Source: an uncultured Clostridia bacterium
Lineage (GTDB): Bacteria > Bacillota > Clostridia > Lachnospirales > CAMVHY01
Direction: 5' to 3'
Assembly (NCBI GenBank): GCA_947073045.1
Contig: CAMTJU010000005.1
Span: forward strand, 2,187 to 66,186
Length of the DNA stretch: 64,000 nucleotides
The stretch's first letter is position 1, and every line of letters starts with the position of its first letter. The translations under genes and the position numbers were made by a program. The notes beneath the pieces are model-generated. The model ran no database searches and had not been told where the DNA came from. It saw nothing but the letters and a program-made list of their open reading frames with translations. This document shows, one piece after another, positions 34,189 to 43,786 of the stretch.

Positions 34189-34869
34189 TTGGAAAATAAT
34201 TTTTGGGCGCAATTAAATAGATACCGAAATGATCCTATAGAATATGCAAAAGCTTTTTGGGAAGATGGTAATTTTAGGGATGAAGAGAAAATTAATTTTT
34301 TTGCAAATAAGTATTCGGGTAATATGTTAAATTATGATAAGACAAGTATTTATATTTTTATGGGTATTTATGATTTTGCAAGTGAGGAAAATAAAGTAAA
34401 TATTATTAATAAATTTAGAGAAAATAGAAATATTACCGCTTTGACTGGACTGCAAGTGTTTGAAGCTAAAAATGAAAAATATGGTTTTCTTGATTTGATA
34501 TTTGTACCTTTTAGACATATTAATAGAATTTTGGGAGTGCTTGGTTGTGTTTTAGCAACCATTGATATAAAAGAAAACAAACTTCCTTCTCTTTCTAATT
34601 TGTTTTCTACATTTGTAATTAATGCTGCAAGTGCATATGGATATTATAGATCTCATAAGTTATCTGCAGTGGAAAAAAGAGTCAATATGATAAAAAATGA
34701 TATTGATGAACTAAACAGGGAAAATGAAAATTCAAATAATAGAGATATAGAGAACATTTTAGGTAATAACAGTCGTGCTTCCAGAGCTATGGAAATACAT
34801 AGGCAAATGAATCAAGGAGAAAATCAACATAATCAAAATCAAATAAATCAACCATTACTTAATATTTAA
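34189..34869 (+). CDS. Orphan protein with two hydrophobic segments, a coiled coil and an N/Q-rich tail
   Basis: Open frame. TTG 34189 follows an AAGGTGA RBS (the ORF track starts at 34162). No recognisable family. Confidence 0.75.
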   Translation: MENNFWAQLNRYRNDPIEYAKAFWEDGNFRDEEKINFFANKYSGNMLNYDKTSIYIFMGIYDFASEENKVNIINKFRENRNITALTGLQVFEAKNEKYGFLDLIFVPFRHINRILGVLGCVLATIDIKENKLPSLSNLFSTFVINAASAYGYYRSHKLSAVEKRVNMIKNDIDELNRENENSNNRDIENILGNNSRASRAMEIHRQMNQGENQHNQNQINQPLLNI

Positions 34870-34897
34870 GGAATTATTAAATAAAAATCTCAAGCAA

Positions 34898-36186
34898 TGA
34901 ATTGACTCCAAAAAGTTAGACAAAATTATATAAAAAATCTATTAAGCAACCGAAAGGGCTTGCAGACTGTGAATAGCAGGAGGCAAGCCCTTAAGTTTTG
35001 CCTTAATACATCGATTATTGTAGTAGTCAAGATATTCTATTAATTCCTGCTTAAAATGTTCCATGGATTCAAACTTTTGCAAGTAGAATAGCTCGCTTTT
35101 CAGCAAATCAAAAAAGTTTTCTATCACTGCAATATCGCAATGTCCAGACAGTTGCTTTTGTGGCTCATATCTTTCTTATGTAGCATAATATTGCTTGTGT
35201 TGGTACTGCCATCCTTGATAAGAATGAAGAATGAGATTGGTATCATCTGGAATTGTTACAAATGCTTTATCTATCATTGGATATTATCATGCTCAATACA
35301 TGACGCTCTGAAATAGTATATCTTACTAAGTTGTTACTATGTAGATCAAAGATAAACGACATATATAACTTTTCCCCAAACAGACTAAACTCTGTTACAT
35401 CTGTGCCCCACTTTTGGTTTGGCTTTTCTGTTTTGAAATCTCGGTTCAGAAGATTTTGAGCAATTTTCCCCACCTTACCTTTGCAAGAACGGTATTTTTT
35501 CATCCTGACACGACACACAAGACCTAATTGATTCATAAGCCTTTGGACAGTTTTATGATTTAGATGAGTATTTTGGTTGTGCAGCTCGACCGTGATTCTA
35601 CGGTAGCCATATCATCCTTTGTTTTCGTAATAGATTATTGTTGTAATATGTGCCTTGATTAATTTATATTTGTCTGGTTTATTCATTTGTTTTAAGTGAT
35701 AGTAAAAGGTTGCATGGGCTAATTGAGCGATTGAAAAAGTATTTTCAGTGTATGTTTTTGCCTTAGTTTTTGAACTACATGCGCTTTTTGCGCTGGCGTC
35801 GCTCGTCTTCCAAAACCAAGGCTTGCAAGTTTTTTAAGTAGTCATTTTCTGCCCTTAATCTCTGCACTTGTGCCAAGAGGTCTTTATCTACTTATTTTGG
35901 TAATTATTTGTGGATGGTCTTTGCTGCCACGCCAACACCTCTCTATTGCCAAACTTTCTATTCCTTGTGTCAGATATATCTTTTTCTACTTCTGTATACT
36001 TTCATGTGCTATGCCATACTTTTGTTCTGCTTCATGGTATGACATGCTTTCTTCCAATACCTGTTTTACCACCACCATTTCTTTATATTCTGCTGTGTAT
36101 CTCTTGTTTTGTTTTCCTTTTGACATAATTTAACACCCAATTTGTTTTTAGTATACTATACTGTCTAACAAATGGGGTGCTGTTCA
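34898..36186 (-). mobile_element. Degenerate IS3-family (IS150/IS861-like) insertion sequence
   Basis: Imperfect terminal IRs TGAATTGACTCCAAAAAGTTAGACA / TGAACAGCACCCCATTTGTTAGACA; orfB fragments NLLNRDF..EKPNQKW.TDVTEF and IENFF..LKSE...YYNNR; ~1.29 kb. Confidence 0.93.
34942..36126 (-). pseudogene. IS3 orfA/orfB transposase pseudogene
   Basis: orfA (ATG 36126, MSKGKQNKRYTAEYK) has an early TAG; orfB is broken into several pieces (35267-35536, 34942-35127). Confidence 0.9.
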
Positions 36187-36242
36187 TTTGCTTGAGATTT
36201 TTTATATTTTGGTTCTTTTATGAAACGGTTCAAAATGAGATG

Positions 36243-36279
36243 TTTATGCTTACTTTTTCTTTTTAAAGAAAAAATAAAG
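36243..36279 (+). repeat. Palindromic dispersed repeat, copy 4 (degenerate)
   Basis: TTTATG-CTTACTTTTTCTTT-tt-AAAGAAAAAATAAAG directly after the spoIVA stop. Confidence 0.7.
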
Positions 36280-36281
36280 AA

Positions 36282-37760
36282 TTACAAAATTATGCAGATT
36301 AAACCGCCGCTACCTTCATTGATAATTTTTTGCAATGTTTCTTGCAGCTTCATTTGCGCATCTTCGGGAATATTATATAGTTTGCTTTGTAGACCATCTT
36401 TTATTAAATCATACATTGATTTGCCGAACATGTTTAACTCCCAAACTTTATTCGGATCGTTTGCCATTTCATTATTTAAATTAGCGATGAGTTCTTCACT
36501 TTGTTGCTGACTGCCGACAATTGGTGCAATTTCTGTTTCGATATCAGCACGAATTAAATGAATGCTTGGAGCTTTTGCCTTAAATTTCACACCAAACTTT
36601 GAACCATGTTTAATAATAACAGGATTTTCGAGAGTCATTTCATCGAGTACGGGCGTCACGATTCCATAACCTTTATGTTTAACTTCCTCGAGTGCATATT
36701 TTATTTTGTCATACTCTTTTTTTGCCTCGGCCAAAATTTTTATTGTAGAGATTAATTCATGTTCACCGTGAATTTCCATAGAAGTTGTCTCACTTAAAAT
36801 TTTAAAGAATAGTCCATCGTCAACAGTAATTTCAATAGAAGCGGAGCCTTCACCTAAAATAATATTTTCAATAAAGCTTTTTTTAATGAGTTCGTTATCT
36901 TCAATTTTATTTATGCAGTTTTTAATTTCTCGAAGCTTTGTAATTTCCTCAAATGTATTTTTGATAATAGAGATCATGTTTTGTTTGAGCCAGTGATTTA
37001 AATCCAAAGTTTCCATCCATTTTGGCAATTTAATTTTAATTTCTTTGAGAGGGAATTCATACAAAAGTTTCTCCATGATGGAAGTAATATCTTCAGGTTT
37101 TAATTGAGCACAGTTTACAGAAATTACGGGAATATTGTAACGCATAGATAATTCTTGGCGAAGAGTTTCAGTTTCTGGATCATACGGCTTAATCGTATTT
37201 AATAACATTACGAAAGGCTTATTGATATTCTTTAATTCTTTAACGATGCGAGATTCTGCTTCCACATAATTTTCGCGCTCAATATCTGTAATACTTCCGT
37301 CAGTCGTAATTACTATTCCAATTGTTGAATGTTCCGTAATAACTTTTTTTGTTCCAATCTCGGCTGCATCTGAGAACGGGATTTTTTCTTCAGACCATGG
37401 CGTATTTATCATACGTGGACCATCTGCATCCATGTGTCCTGATACTCCTGGTATTAAATATCCTACACAATCTATCATTCGCATTTTAAAATTTATGTTT
37501 TCGTCGAGATTTACTTCAACTGCCTCATTGGGAACAAATTTTGGCTCGGTAGTCATAATTGTTTTACCGGCAGCACTTTGCGGTAATTCATCTTTCGCTC
37601 GTTCTTTAATGTAATTATTATCAATGTTCGGAATTACAAACAAATCCATGAATCTTTTAATAAAAGTTGATTTGCCAGTGCGCACCGGCCCAACTACTCC
37701 GATATAAATATCACCTTGAGTGCGCTCGGTTATATCTTTATAAATATTATAGTTATCCAT
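36282..37760 (-). CDS. spoIVA: Stage IV sporulation protein A
   Basis: YIGVVGPVRTGKSTFIKRF, DELPQSAAGKTIMTTEPKF and NEGSGGLICIIL motifs; 492 aa. Confidence 0.99.
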   Translation of the reverse strand: MDNYNIYKDITERTQGDIYIGVVGPVRTGKSTFIKRFMDLFVIPNIDNNYIKERAKDELPQSAAGKTIMTTEPKFVPNEAVEVNLDENINFKMRMIDCVGYLIPGVSGHMDADGPRMINTPWSEEKIPFSDAAEIGTKKVITEHSTIGIVITTDGSITDIERENYVEAESRIVKELKNINKPFVMLLNTIKPYDPETETLRQELSMRYNIPVISVNCAQLKPEDITSIMEKLLYEFPLKEIKIKLPKWMETLDLNHWLKQNMISIIKNTFEEITKLREIKNCINKIEDNELIKKSFIENIILGEGSASIEITVDDGLFFKILSETTSMEIHGEHELISTIKILAEAKKEYDKIKYALEEVKHKGYGIVTPVLDEMTLENPVIIKHGSKFGVKFKAKAPSIHLIRADIETEIAPIVGSQQQSEELIANLNNEMANDPNKVWELNMFGKSMYDLIKDGLQSKLYNIPEDAQMKLQETLQKIINEGSGGLICIIL

Positions 37761-37791
37761 AAAAAATAATCCTCCTATTGTTTACTTCTAC

Positions 37792-37799
37792 AATATATG
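37792..37799 (-). promoter_or_regulatory. Sigma-E-like -10 element of spoIVA
   Basis: CATATATT ~30 nt upstream of the ATG; spoIVA is a known sigma-E gene; -35 not clear. Confidence 0.5.
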
Positions 37800-37838
37800 A
37801 GGATTATTTTTTAATTAGTACAGGTGAATTACTTTTCT

Positions 37839-37876
37839 GTTACTTTTCTTTTGGGAAAGAAAAGTAACCAAAAGAA
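37839..37876 (-). repeat. Palindromic dispersed repeat, copy 5
   Basis: Minus strand reads TTCTTTTG-GTTACTTTTCTTT-ccca-AAAGAAAAGTAAC. Confidence 0.85.
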
Positions 37877-37918
37877 AACCAAATTAAAACCACAAAACAA
37901 AATTATAGAAAGGCAAAA

Positions 37919-39196
37919 TTATTTTTTTTCACCAAGGCCTGTTATGATTATTATATTGTAATCATCTGAGATTGTTTCATCAACTTCAATTTTTGCGTTA
38001 TTGAAATATTTTTTCAAATCTTGGCCCATTCCTTTTTCTTTAACCATAATTCGTGTATCGTAAGTTTTTTTACCTGTATAGTTTCCGGTGTCAAGAACTT
38101 CGAAATTATTTTTTTCAAGCAACTCTTTTTTTTCTTTGGCAAGACCGTCGATATCACTTCCATTTAATATTTGAATTTTATATTGCGGGTTGGAATTTTT
38201 ATTTTTGTTTGAGCTTGAATAAAATATTTCATCAATAAGTTTTGTAGTTTCTTCTTTATCATTTAAAAAATATGATGCGCCATCAATCATCTTAGGTACA
38301 CCAGGCAATGTATAAAATGTTATGCTATCGGAATTTAATTTGTTTATATATCGTATATATTTTGGCAAATCTTCAATACCAAAATTTGTTTGGACTTCTT
38401 GCAAAAATGTTTTCAATAAGCTTGTTAAATTGTTGAGTATAGTTTTTTTGTTAAGGACTTGCGTGAAAAATTCTTTCATGAATTGTTGCTGAACTTCAAT
38501 TCTTTGTAAATCTGCACGCTTATAACCTTTTCTAAAGCGTACAACTCCTTCTGCCATGTCGCCATTTAATAATTGTCTGCCTTTTGGAATGTGTATGTGT
38601 AAATTTTGCGTAGGGTCATCGTAATTTAAATCCATTGGAACATCCATATATATTCCGCCTACAGTATCAACTACTTTTTTAAATGCAGTAATATTTACAG
38701 CAATGTAGTAATCTAATTTTATATTCAAAAGTTCTTCAACTTGTTTTTGTGCATATTCGTTTCCGTGTTCTTTCCCAGCGTAAGAATGAACGGCATTTAT
38801 TTTCATAATTCCTGAAGAAGGAGGTCTTCGCCCCAAATCACGCAGTTCTTTTATAGTTTGTGCTGACATTTTAATGTAAGTATCGCGCGGAATTGAGATA
38901 ACGTTAATTTCTTGAGTATCACGATCGAAACATCCTATGAACATTGAATCAGATAATGTTTCATTTTGATCGAGCCCCAGAACTAAAAATTTCGTTTTTT
39001 TAGGAGGCAAAAAGATTTTATTTATAATTGTGTTTGATTTATTTTGTTCGTTCGAAATGTTATTATTGCCGCCAGCAAAAAATTTGTAGCTTAAAATTGC
39101 AAAGACTGATAGCAAAATAAATATGCCGACCATACAAAAAACAATGGAAAAAAATTTTTTATATATACTTTTTTTTCTTGAGCTTTCTTTTTTCAT
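37919..39196 (-). CDS. LCP (LytR/CpsA/Psr) family protein with LytR C-terminal domain
   Basis: N-terminal TM; LVLGLD, SIPRDT, KINA, VRFR and DLQRIEVQQ motifs; C-terminal ILNGS..DGLA. Confidence 0.93.
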   Translation of the reverse strand: MKKESSRKKSIYKKFFSIVFCMVGIFILLSVFAILSYKFFAGGNNNISNEQNKSNTIINKIFLPPKKTKFLVLGLDQNETLSDSMFIGCFDRDTQEINVISIPRDTYIKMSAQTIKELRDLGRRPPSSGIMKINAVHSYAGKEHGNEYAQKQVEELLNIKLDYYIAVNITAFKKVVDTVGGIYMDVPMDLNYDDPTQNLHIHIPKGRQLLNGDMAEGVVRFRKGYKRADLQRIEVQQQFMKEFFTQVLNKKTILNNLTSLLKTFLQEVQTNFGIEDLPKYIRYINKLNSDSITFYTLPGVPKMIDGASYFLNDKEETTKLIDEIFYSSSNKNKNSNPQYKIQILNGSDIDGLAKEKKELLEKNNFEVLDTGNYTGKKTYDTRIMVKEKGMGQDLKKYFNNAKIEVDETISDDYNIIIITGLGEKK

Positions 39197-39331
39197 TTTG
39201 ATTCTCCCAACGAAAATTATTATTTAATCGCAAATAACCTTATAATTTTACAATAAAATTTTCCGCAATGCAAATGCATATTGCATGCAAAGATAATTTT
39301 TCTTGTCATTTCATATCGAAAAATATGTACA

Positions 39332-39362
39332 AAAAAACCTGTGAAAAAAATCACAGGTTTTC
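39332..39362. terminator. Intrinsic terminator after fba
   Basis: AAAAACCTGTGA-aaaaaa-TCACAGGTTTTT. Confidence 0.7.
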
Positions 39363-39385
39363 TGATGTAATGATTTTAAAAAAAT

Positions 39386-40333
39386 TTAATTCATTGAATT
39401 TACAGAGCCAAGTACATTTTTTATTTTGCCATCTACAACATCTTCAATCATTTTGCGTGCTTCACCCAAATATCCACGTGGATCAAATTTTTCTGGATTG
39501 AGTGCAAAAAATCTACGAATTGCAGCTGTCATTGCCAATCTCAAATCTGTATCCATATTAATTTTGCAGACAGATAAAGAAGAAGCTTTGCGAAGCATTT
39601 CATTTGGAACACCTTTGGCGCCGTCTAATTTAGCACCGTATTCATTACAAATTGCAACGCAGTTTGGATCTACAGATGATGCACCGTGCAAAACTATAGG
39701 GAATTTTTTAAAGCCGGCCTTATCAAGTTTTTCACTGATGGTTTCAAGACGTGCAAAATCTAATTTTGCTTCGCCCTTGAATTTATATGCACCATGGCTT
39801 GTTCCAATTGCCACAGCTAATGAATCAATACCAGTGCGTGATACAAAATCAACAGCTTGATCAGGGTCAGTGTATGTAGCGTTTTCTGCTGAGACATTTA
39901 CTTCATCTTCAACTCCTGCCAATTTTCCTAATTCAGCTTCAACAGTGATATTTTTTTCGTGTGCAAAGTCGACAACTTCTTTAGTTTTTTGAACGTTGAT
40001 TTCATAATCAAAATGAGAGCCGTCGAACATTACGGAAGTAAATCCACTTTCAACAGCAAGCTTAACTGTTTCAAAATCTGGGCCATGATCCAAATGCAAT
40101 GCAATATCAATACCGCTGTCAGCGACTGCCGCATCTACCATTGCTTTTAAATAAAGTGGATTTGCATAATTCAAAGCACTTTTTGAAACTTGCATGATTA
40201 CTGCAGAATTATTTTTTTTTGCCGCATTTGCTACTGCTTGTATTATTTCCATGTTGTTTATGTTGAAAGCACCTATTGCGTAATTATTATCGAATGCTTT
40301 CTCGAACATTTTTTTTGTGTTTATTAATGCCAT
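39386..40333 (-). CDS. fba: Class II fructose-bisphosphate aldolase
   Basis: LHLDHG, SVMFDGS, VEAELG, AIGTSHGAYK, VLHGASS and KINMDTD motifs. Confidence 0.97.
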   Translation of the reverse strand: MALINTKKMFEKAFDNNYAIGAFNINNMEIIQAVANAAKKNNSAVIMQVSKSALNYANPLYLKAMVDAAVADSGIDIALHLDHGPDFETVKLAVESGFTSVMFDGSHFDYEINVQKTKEVVDFAHEKNITVEAELGKLAGVEDEVNVSAENATYTDPDQAVDFVSRTGIDSLAVAIGTSHGAYKFKGEAKLDFARLETISEKLDKAGFKKFPIVLHGASSVDPNCVAICNEYGAKLDGAKGVPNEMLRKASSLSVCKINMDTDLRLAMTAAIRRFFALNPEKFDPRGYLGEARKMIEDVVDGKIKNVLGSVNSMN

Positions 40334-40470
40334 TATTTTTCCCCCTTATAATAAAAATTGCTGCACAAAAATTATATAACCACAGCAATTTTTTTACAAG
40401 GCTTGAATTTTATTTTGTGATTGTGGTTAAATAAGCGTAAGTAATTTTTTTATCAAGGAGAATTTTTTAT

Positions 40471-41613
40471 ATGCCTATTAAAATTATGTTTGTATTCGGA
40501 ACCCGCCCTGAAGCAATAAAAATGGTTCCACTAATAAAAAAAATGCAGCTTGATCCAAATTTTAAAATAGTAATATGTGTAACGGCCCAGCACAGAAATA
40601 TGCTCGATCAAACTCTACAAATTTTTAATATTACTCCCGATTATGATTTGGATATTATGAAATCTTCACAGTCTCTATCTGACATAACTTCTAAATCTTT
40701 AATTGGTCTTGAAAATATTATGAAGGGTGAGAAACCTGATTTGGTTTTGGTTCACGGCGATACTTCCACAACTTTTGCAGCAGCTCTTGCAGCATTTTAT
40801 AATAAAATAAAAATAGGACACGTTGAAGCTGGCTTAAGAACATTTAATAAATATCAACCGTTCCCTGAAGAAATGAATCGTAAATTGGTAGCAGATCTTT
40901 CAGATTTACATTTTGCTCCAACTTTGTCTGCAAAATCCAATTTGATTAAAGAAGGAATAGATGAAAATATTATTTTCATTACGGGCAATACAGTTATTGA
41001 TTGTATAAAGCATACGATAAAAAATAATTATGAGTTCAAAAATGAAGCTCTGGGGAAAATTAATTATGCAGATAAAAAGGTTATTGTTGTGACTGCGCAC
41101 AGGCGTGAAAACTTAGGAAAGCCACTTGAAAATATCTGTAATGCAATTTTAAAATTAAGTGCTAACAAAAATCTGGAATTTGTTTATGCAGTTCATTCAA
41201 ATCCATTAGTAAGAAATACGGTGGAAAAAATTTTATCTGGTCACGATAATATTCATTTAATTGAACCATTAGATATTGAAAATATGCATAACTTGATTTC
41301 AAAATCGTTTTTGGTAATGACAGATTCAGGTGGAATTCAGGAAGAAGCTCCGTCTTTTGATAAACCTGTATTAGTTTTAAGAAATGTGACGGAAAGACCT
41401 GAAGGTGTTTTAACGGGTGCATTAAAATTAGTGGGAACGGACCAAAATAAAATTTTTGATAGCGTAAATGAATTGATTAATGACAAAAAATTGTATGAGA
41501 AAATGTCAAAGGCACAAAATCCATTTGGTGATGGAAAAGCATCAGAGAGAATTTGCAATGCTATATTATTTTATTTTGGGCGTATGCAAAAACCAACGGA
41601 ATTTATTTTTTAA
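40471..41613 (+). CDS. wecB: UDP-N-acetylglucosamine 2-epimerase (non-hydrolysing)
   Basis: FGTRPEAIKM, HGDT, HVEAGLR, PFPEEMNR and TDSGGIQEEAP motifs. Confidence 0.97.
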   Translation: MPIKIMFVFGTRPEAIKMVPLIKKMQLDPNFKIVICVTAQHRNMLDQTLQIFNITPDYDLDIMKSSQSLSDITSKSLIGLENIMKGEKPDLVLVHGDTSTTFAAALAAFYNKIKIGHVEAGLRTFNKYQPFPEEMNRKLVADLSDLHFAPTLSAKSNLIKEGIDENIIFITGNTVIDCIKHTIKNNYEFKNEALGKINYADKKVIVVTAHRRENLGKPLENICNAILKLSANKNLEFVYAVHSNPLVRNTVEKILSGHDNIHLIEPLDIENMHNLISKSFLVMTDSGGIQEEAPSFDKPVLVLRNVTERPEGVLTGALKLVGTDQNKIFDSVNELINDKKLYEKMSKAQNPFGDGKASERICNAILFYFGRMQKPTEFIF

Positions 41614-41625
41614 AGGCGTGATTTT

Positions 41626-42741
41626 TTGAAGACGAAAATTGTGAAATTAATTATTGTTTTATTGATTGCTGTGATTTTTATTGCGCTTGCAATAATTAAT
41701 TACGATGGCAATGATTTTGAATCGGACGGGACAATTTTAAATTATGATTTTGATAATTGTCAGGGAGTTTTTGAAACAGGCGATGGAAATTTATTTTTTT
41801 GTGCTAAAAATTATGTTAAGTTCTTGAATCATAACTCGGATGAAAAATGGTCAATTGACGTGAATTTTTCCGAACCTGTAATTTCTCATGATAAAAAATT
41901 TTTGGCTATGTCGGATATGAAAACAAATTCAATCTTTGTTTATAGTGACAAGGGTGAATTATATTCGATAAAAGATGAAAATAAATTGCTTGCTTTTTGT
42001 GTTAATTCGTCTGGTTATTGCTCAAGTATCTCAAAAGATAATTCAACTTATAAAATTAATGTTTACAATCCAAGCGGCGATAAAATTCTTACATATGTGC
42101 ATTCTGAAGAAAATGTGTTTCCTGTAAATACAGCCGTTTCGCCCGATGGAAAAATTTTAGCAATAAGCTACATAGATACAAATAACATAAATATTGATTC
42201 CAAAATTACTTTTATGTATACAAATCAAAATGATATATTTGCATCTGTGCAGAAAAAAGATAATTTTGCATGTGGCTTGAACTTTTTATCAAATCATGAT
42301 ATCATCATCGTATCGGATGACAATATAACATGTGAGTATTTTACACAAAATAATTTAAATGAAAAATGGAATTTGGATTTTGAAAAAAAGTTAGATGCAA
42401 TTGATTTTAATAATGATTTTATTGCAGTTAAATTAATTGCAGATAAATCAGGCAAAGATTCGCAAAGTAATATTAAATTTTATAATATGTCAGGTAAAAA
42501 TATTGGCGAGTTTAAATCGGATGAGCAGTATAATTATTTTAAAGTATCAGCTAAAAATAATTGTGTTATGCTTGGCTCAATGAATGATTTTATTGCAGTT
42601 AATACAAATGGTAAAATATTATGGGAATATAATGCGCAGGGCGAGCAAAAGTTTGCCGCTTTTTTGGATAAACCAAATAAAATTTTATTTGTTTCTTCGA
42701 CGAAAGCTTATATTGTTAATGTGAAAGGGAAGGGGGAATAA
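41626..42741 (+). CDS. Membrane-anchored beta-propeller-like protein (DUF5711-like)
   Basis: N-terminal TM, AVSPDGK repeat signature, beta-rich; upstream of a CvpA-like gene. Confidence 0.6.
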   Translation: MKTKIVKLIIVLLIAVIFIALAIINYDGNDFESDGTILNYDFDNCQGVFETGDGNLFFCAKNYVKFLNHNSDEKWSIDVNFSEPVISHDKKFLAMSDMKTNSIFVYSDKGELYSIKDENKLLAFCVNSSGYCSSISKDNSTYKINVYNPSGDKILTYVHSEENVFPVNTAVSPDGKILAISYIDTNNINIDSKITFMYTNQNDIFASVQKKDNFACGLNFLSNHDIIIVSDDNITCEYFTQNNLNEKWNLDFEKKLDAIDFNNDFIAVKLIADKSGKDSQSNIKFYNMSGKNIGEFKSDEQYNYFKVSAKNNCVMLGSMNDFIAVNTNGKILWEYNAQGEQKFAAFLDKPNKILFVSSTKAYIVNVKGKGE

Positions 42742-42743
42742 TT

Positions 42744-43514
42744 ATGAATATATATGGGTTTAATCTGCTCGATATAATTTTTGCTTTTATTTTATTAAGT
42801 TTTATGATGTCTGTAATGCGAAAAGGGCTTATACAGTCTTTATTCGGTATTTTTTCATTTGTTATTTCTGTTCTTATTTCAAGCCAATTTTATCCTAATG
42901 TTGCAGATTTTATTAAAAACAAAACGTTTTTTTATAATTGGTTTAATTCTATGCTCAAAGATACTTTAAATGTTTCTAATCTTATTCGCTCGCAAGCTGA
43001 AAATGTTCAATCTGGTTTGCAAAATAATTTGCTGGAAAATGTGCAAAGTTCAGCTGGTATCAGCAAAGAATTGTTAGATAATATCCAATTACCGAGCTTT
43101 GTCAAAGATAATTTTCTGTCAGTAAATACTTCACAAATTGTTAAGATTTTTGATATGAAAACACTGGAAAATTTTATTTCAAGTCATTTGGCAAATATTT
43201 TGGTGAATATTTTGGCAATGATTCTTACATTTACATTTGTTTCAATTGTTATGGGAATAATTTCTCATGTGCTCGATATAGTTTCATTTTTACCTTTTAT
43301 TCATCTTGCTAATAAATTAGGTGGGCTTGTAGTTGGTTTTGTTGAAGGTAGTATTTTTCTTTGGGTAATCTGTATGCTGTTTTCATTGTTTGTTGAAAAT
43401 CCAAATTTTAGGTTTTTAAAAGATGCACTTGGTTCGTCTAAATTTGCAATAAAATTTTATGATTCAAACCTTATACTCAGATTTTTGATAAATTTTATCC
43501 CTGGTTTTCGTTAA
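42744..43514 (+). CDS. CvpA (colicin V production) family membrane protein
   Basis: LLDII...KGLIQS and NKLGGLVVGFVEG motifs. Confidence 0.85.
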   Translation: MNIYGFNLLDIIFAFILLSFMMSVMRKGLIQSLFGIFSFVISVLISSQFYPNVADFIKNKTFFYNWFNSMLKDTLNVSNLIRSQAENVQSGLQNNLLENVQSSAGISKELLDNIQLPSFVKDNFLSVNTSQIVKIFDMKTLENFISSHLANILVNILAMILTFTFVSIVMGIISHVLDIVSFLPFIHLANKLGGLVVGFVEGSIFLWVICMLFSLFVENPNFRFLKDALGSSKFAIKFYDSNLILRFLINFIPGFR

Positions 43515-43536
43515 AATTCAAAAATATTTTTATATA

Positions 43537-43571
43537 AAAAAATAGTCTAGTTAAAAAACTAGACTTTTTTT
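43537..43571. terminator. Intrinsic terminator
   Basis: AGTCTAGTT-aaaa-AACTAGACT-TTTTTT. Confidence 0.65.
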
Positions 43572-43740
43572 ATATTATTAATATGGGTTTTTTGAAGGGC
43601 ATTGTTTAACATTTGAGTCAGTTTGTGTAAAATATGGGATATAGCTTAAATAGGAAAAAAAATTGCCTTTGTGAGCGGAGGTGTGAATTCGAATTTCGCT
43701 ATTTCCATTTTTTTGTTCATTTTTATCTTCATTTCCTCAT

Positions 43741-43773
43741 AAAAAATGTCCAAACTTTTGTTTGGACATTTTT
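43741..43773. terminator. Intrinsic terminator of the 681-aa orphan
   Basis: AAAAATGTCCAAAC-tttt-GTTTGGACATTTTT. Confidence 0.75.
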
Positions 43774-43786
43774 GTGTTTGGATTTT

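Noticed and set aside
35870-36133. Plus-strand ORFs of 87 and 72 aa inside the IS
   Set aside because: They are antisense to the decayed orfA
36220-36510. 96-aa plus-strand ORF overlapping the spoIVA end
   Set aside because: It is antisense to spoIVA and runs through the repeat; no RBS
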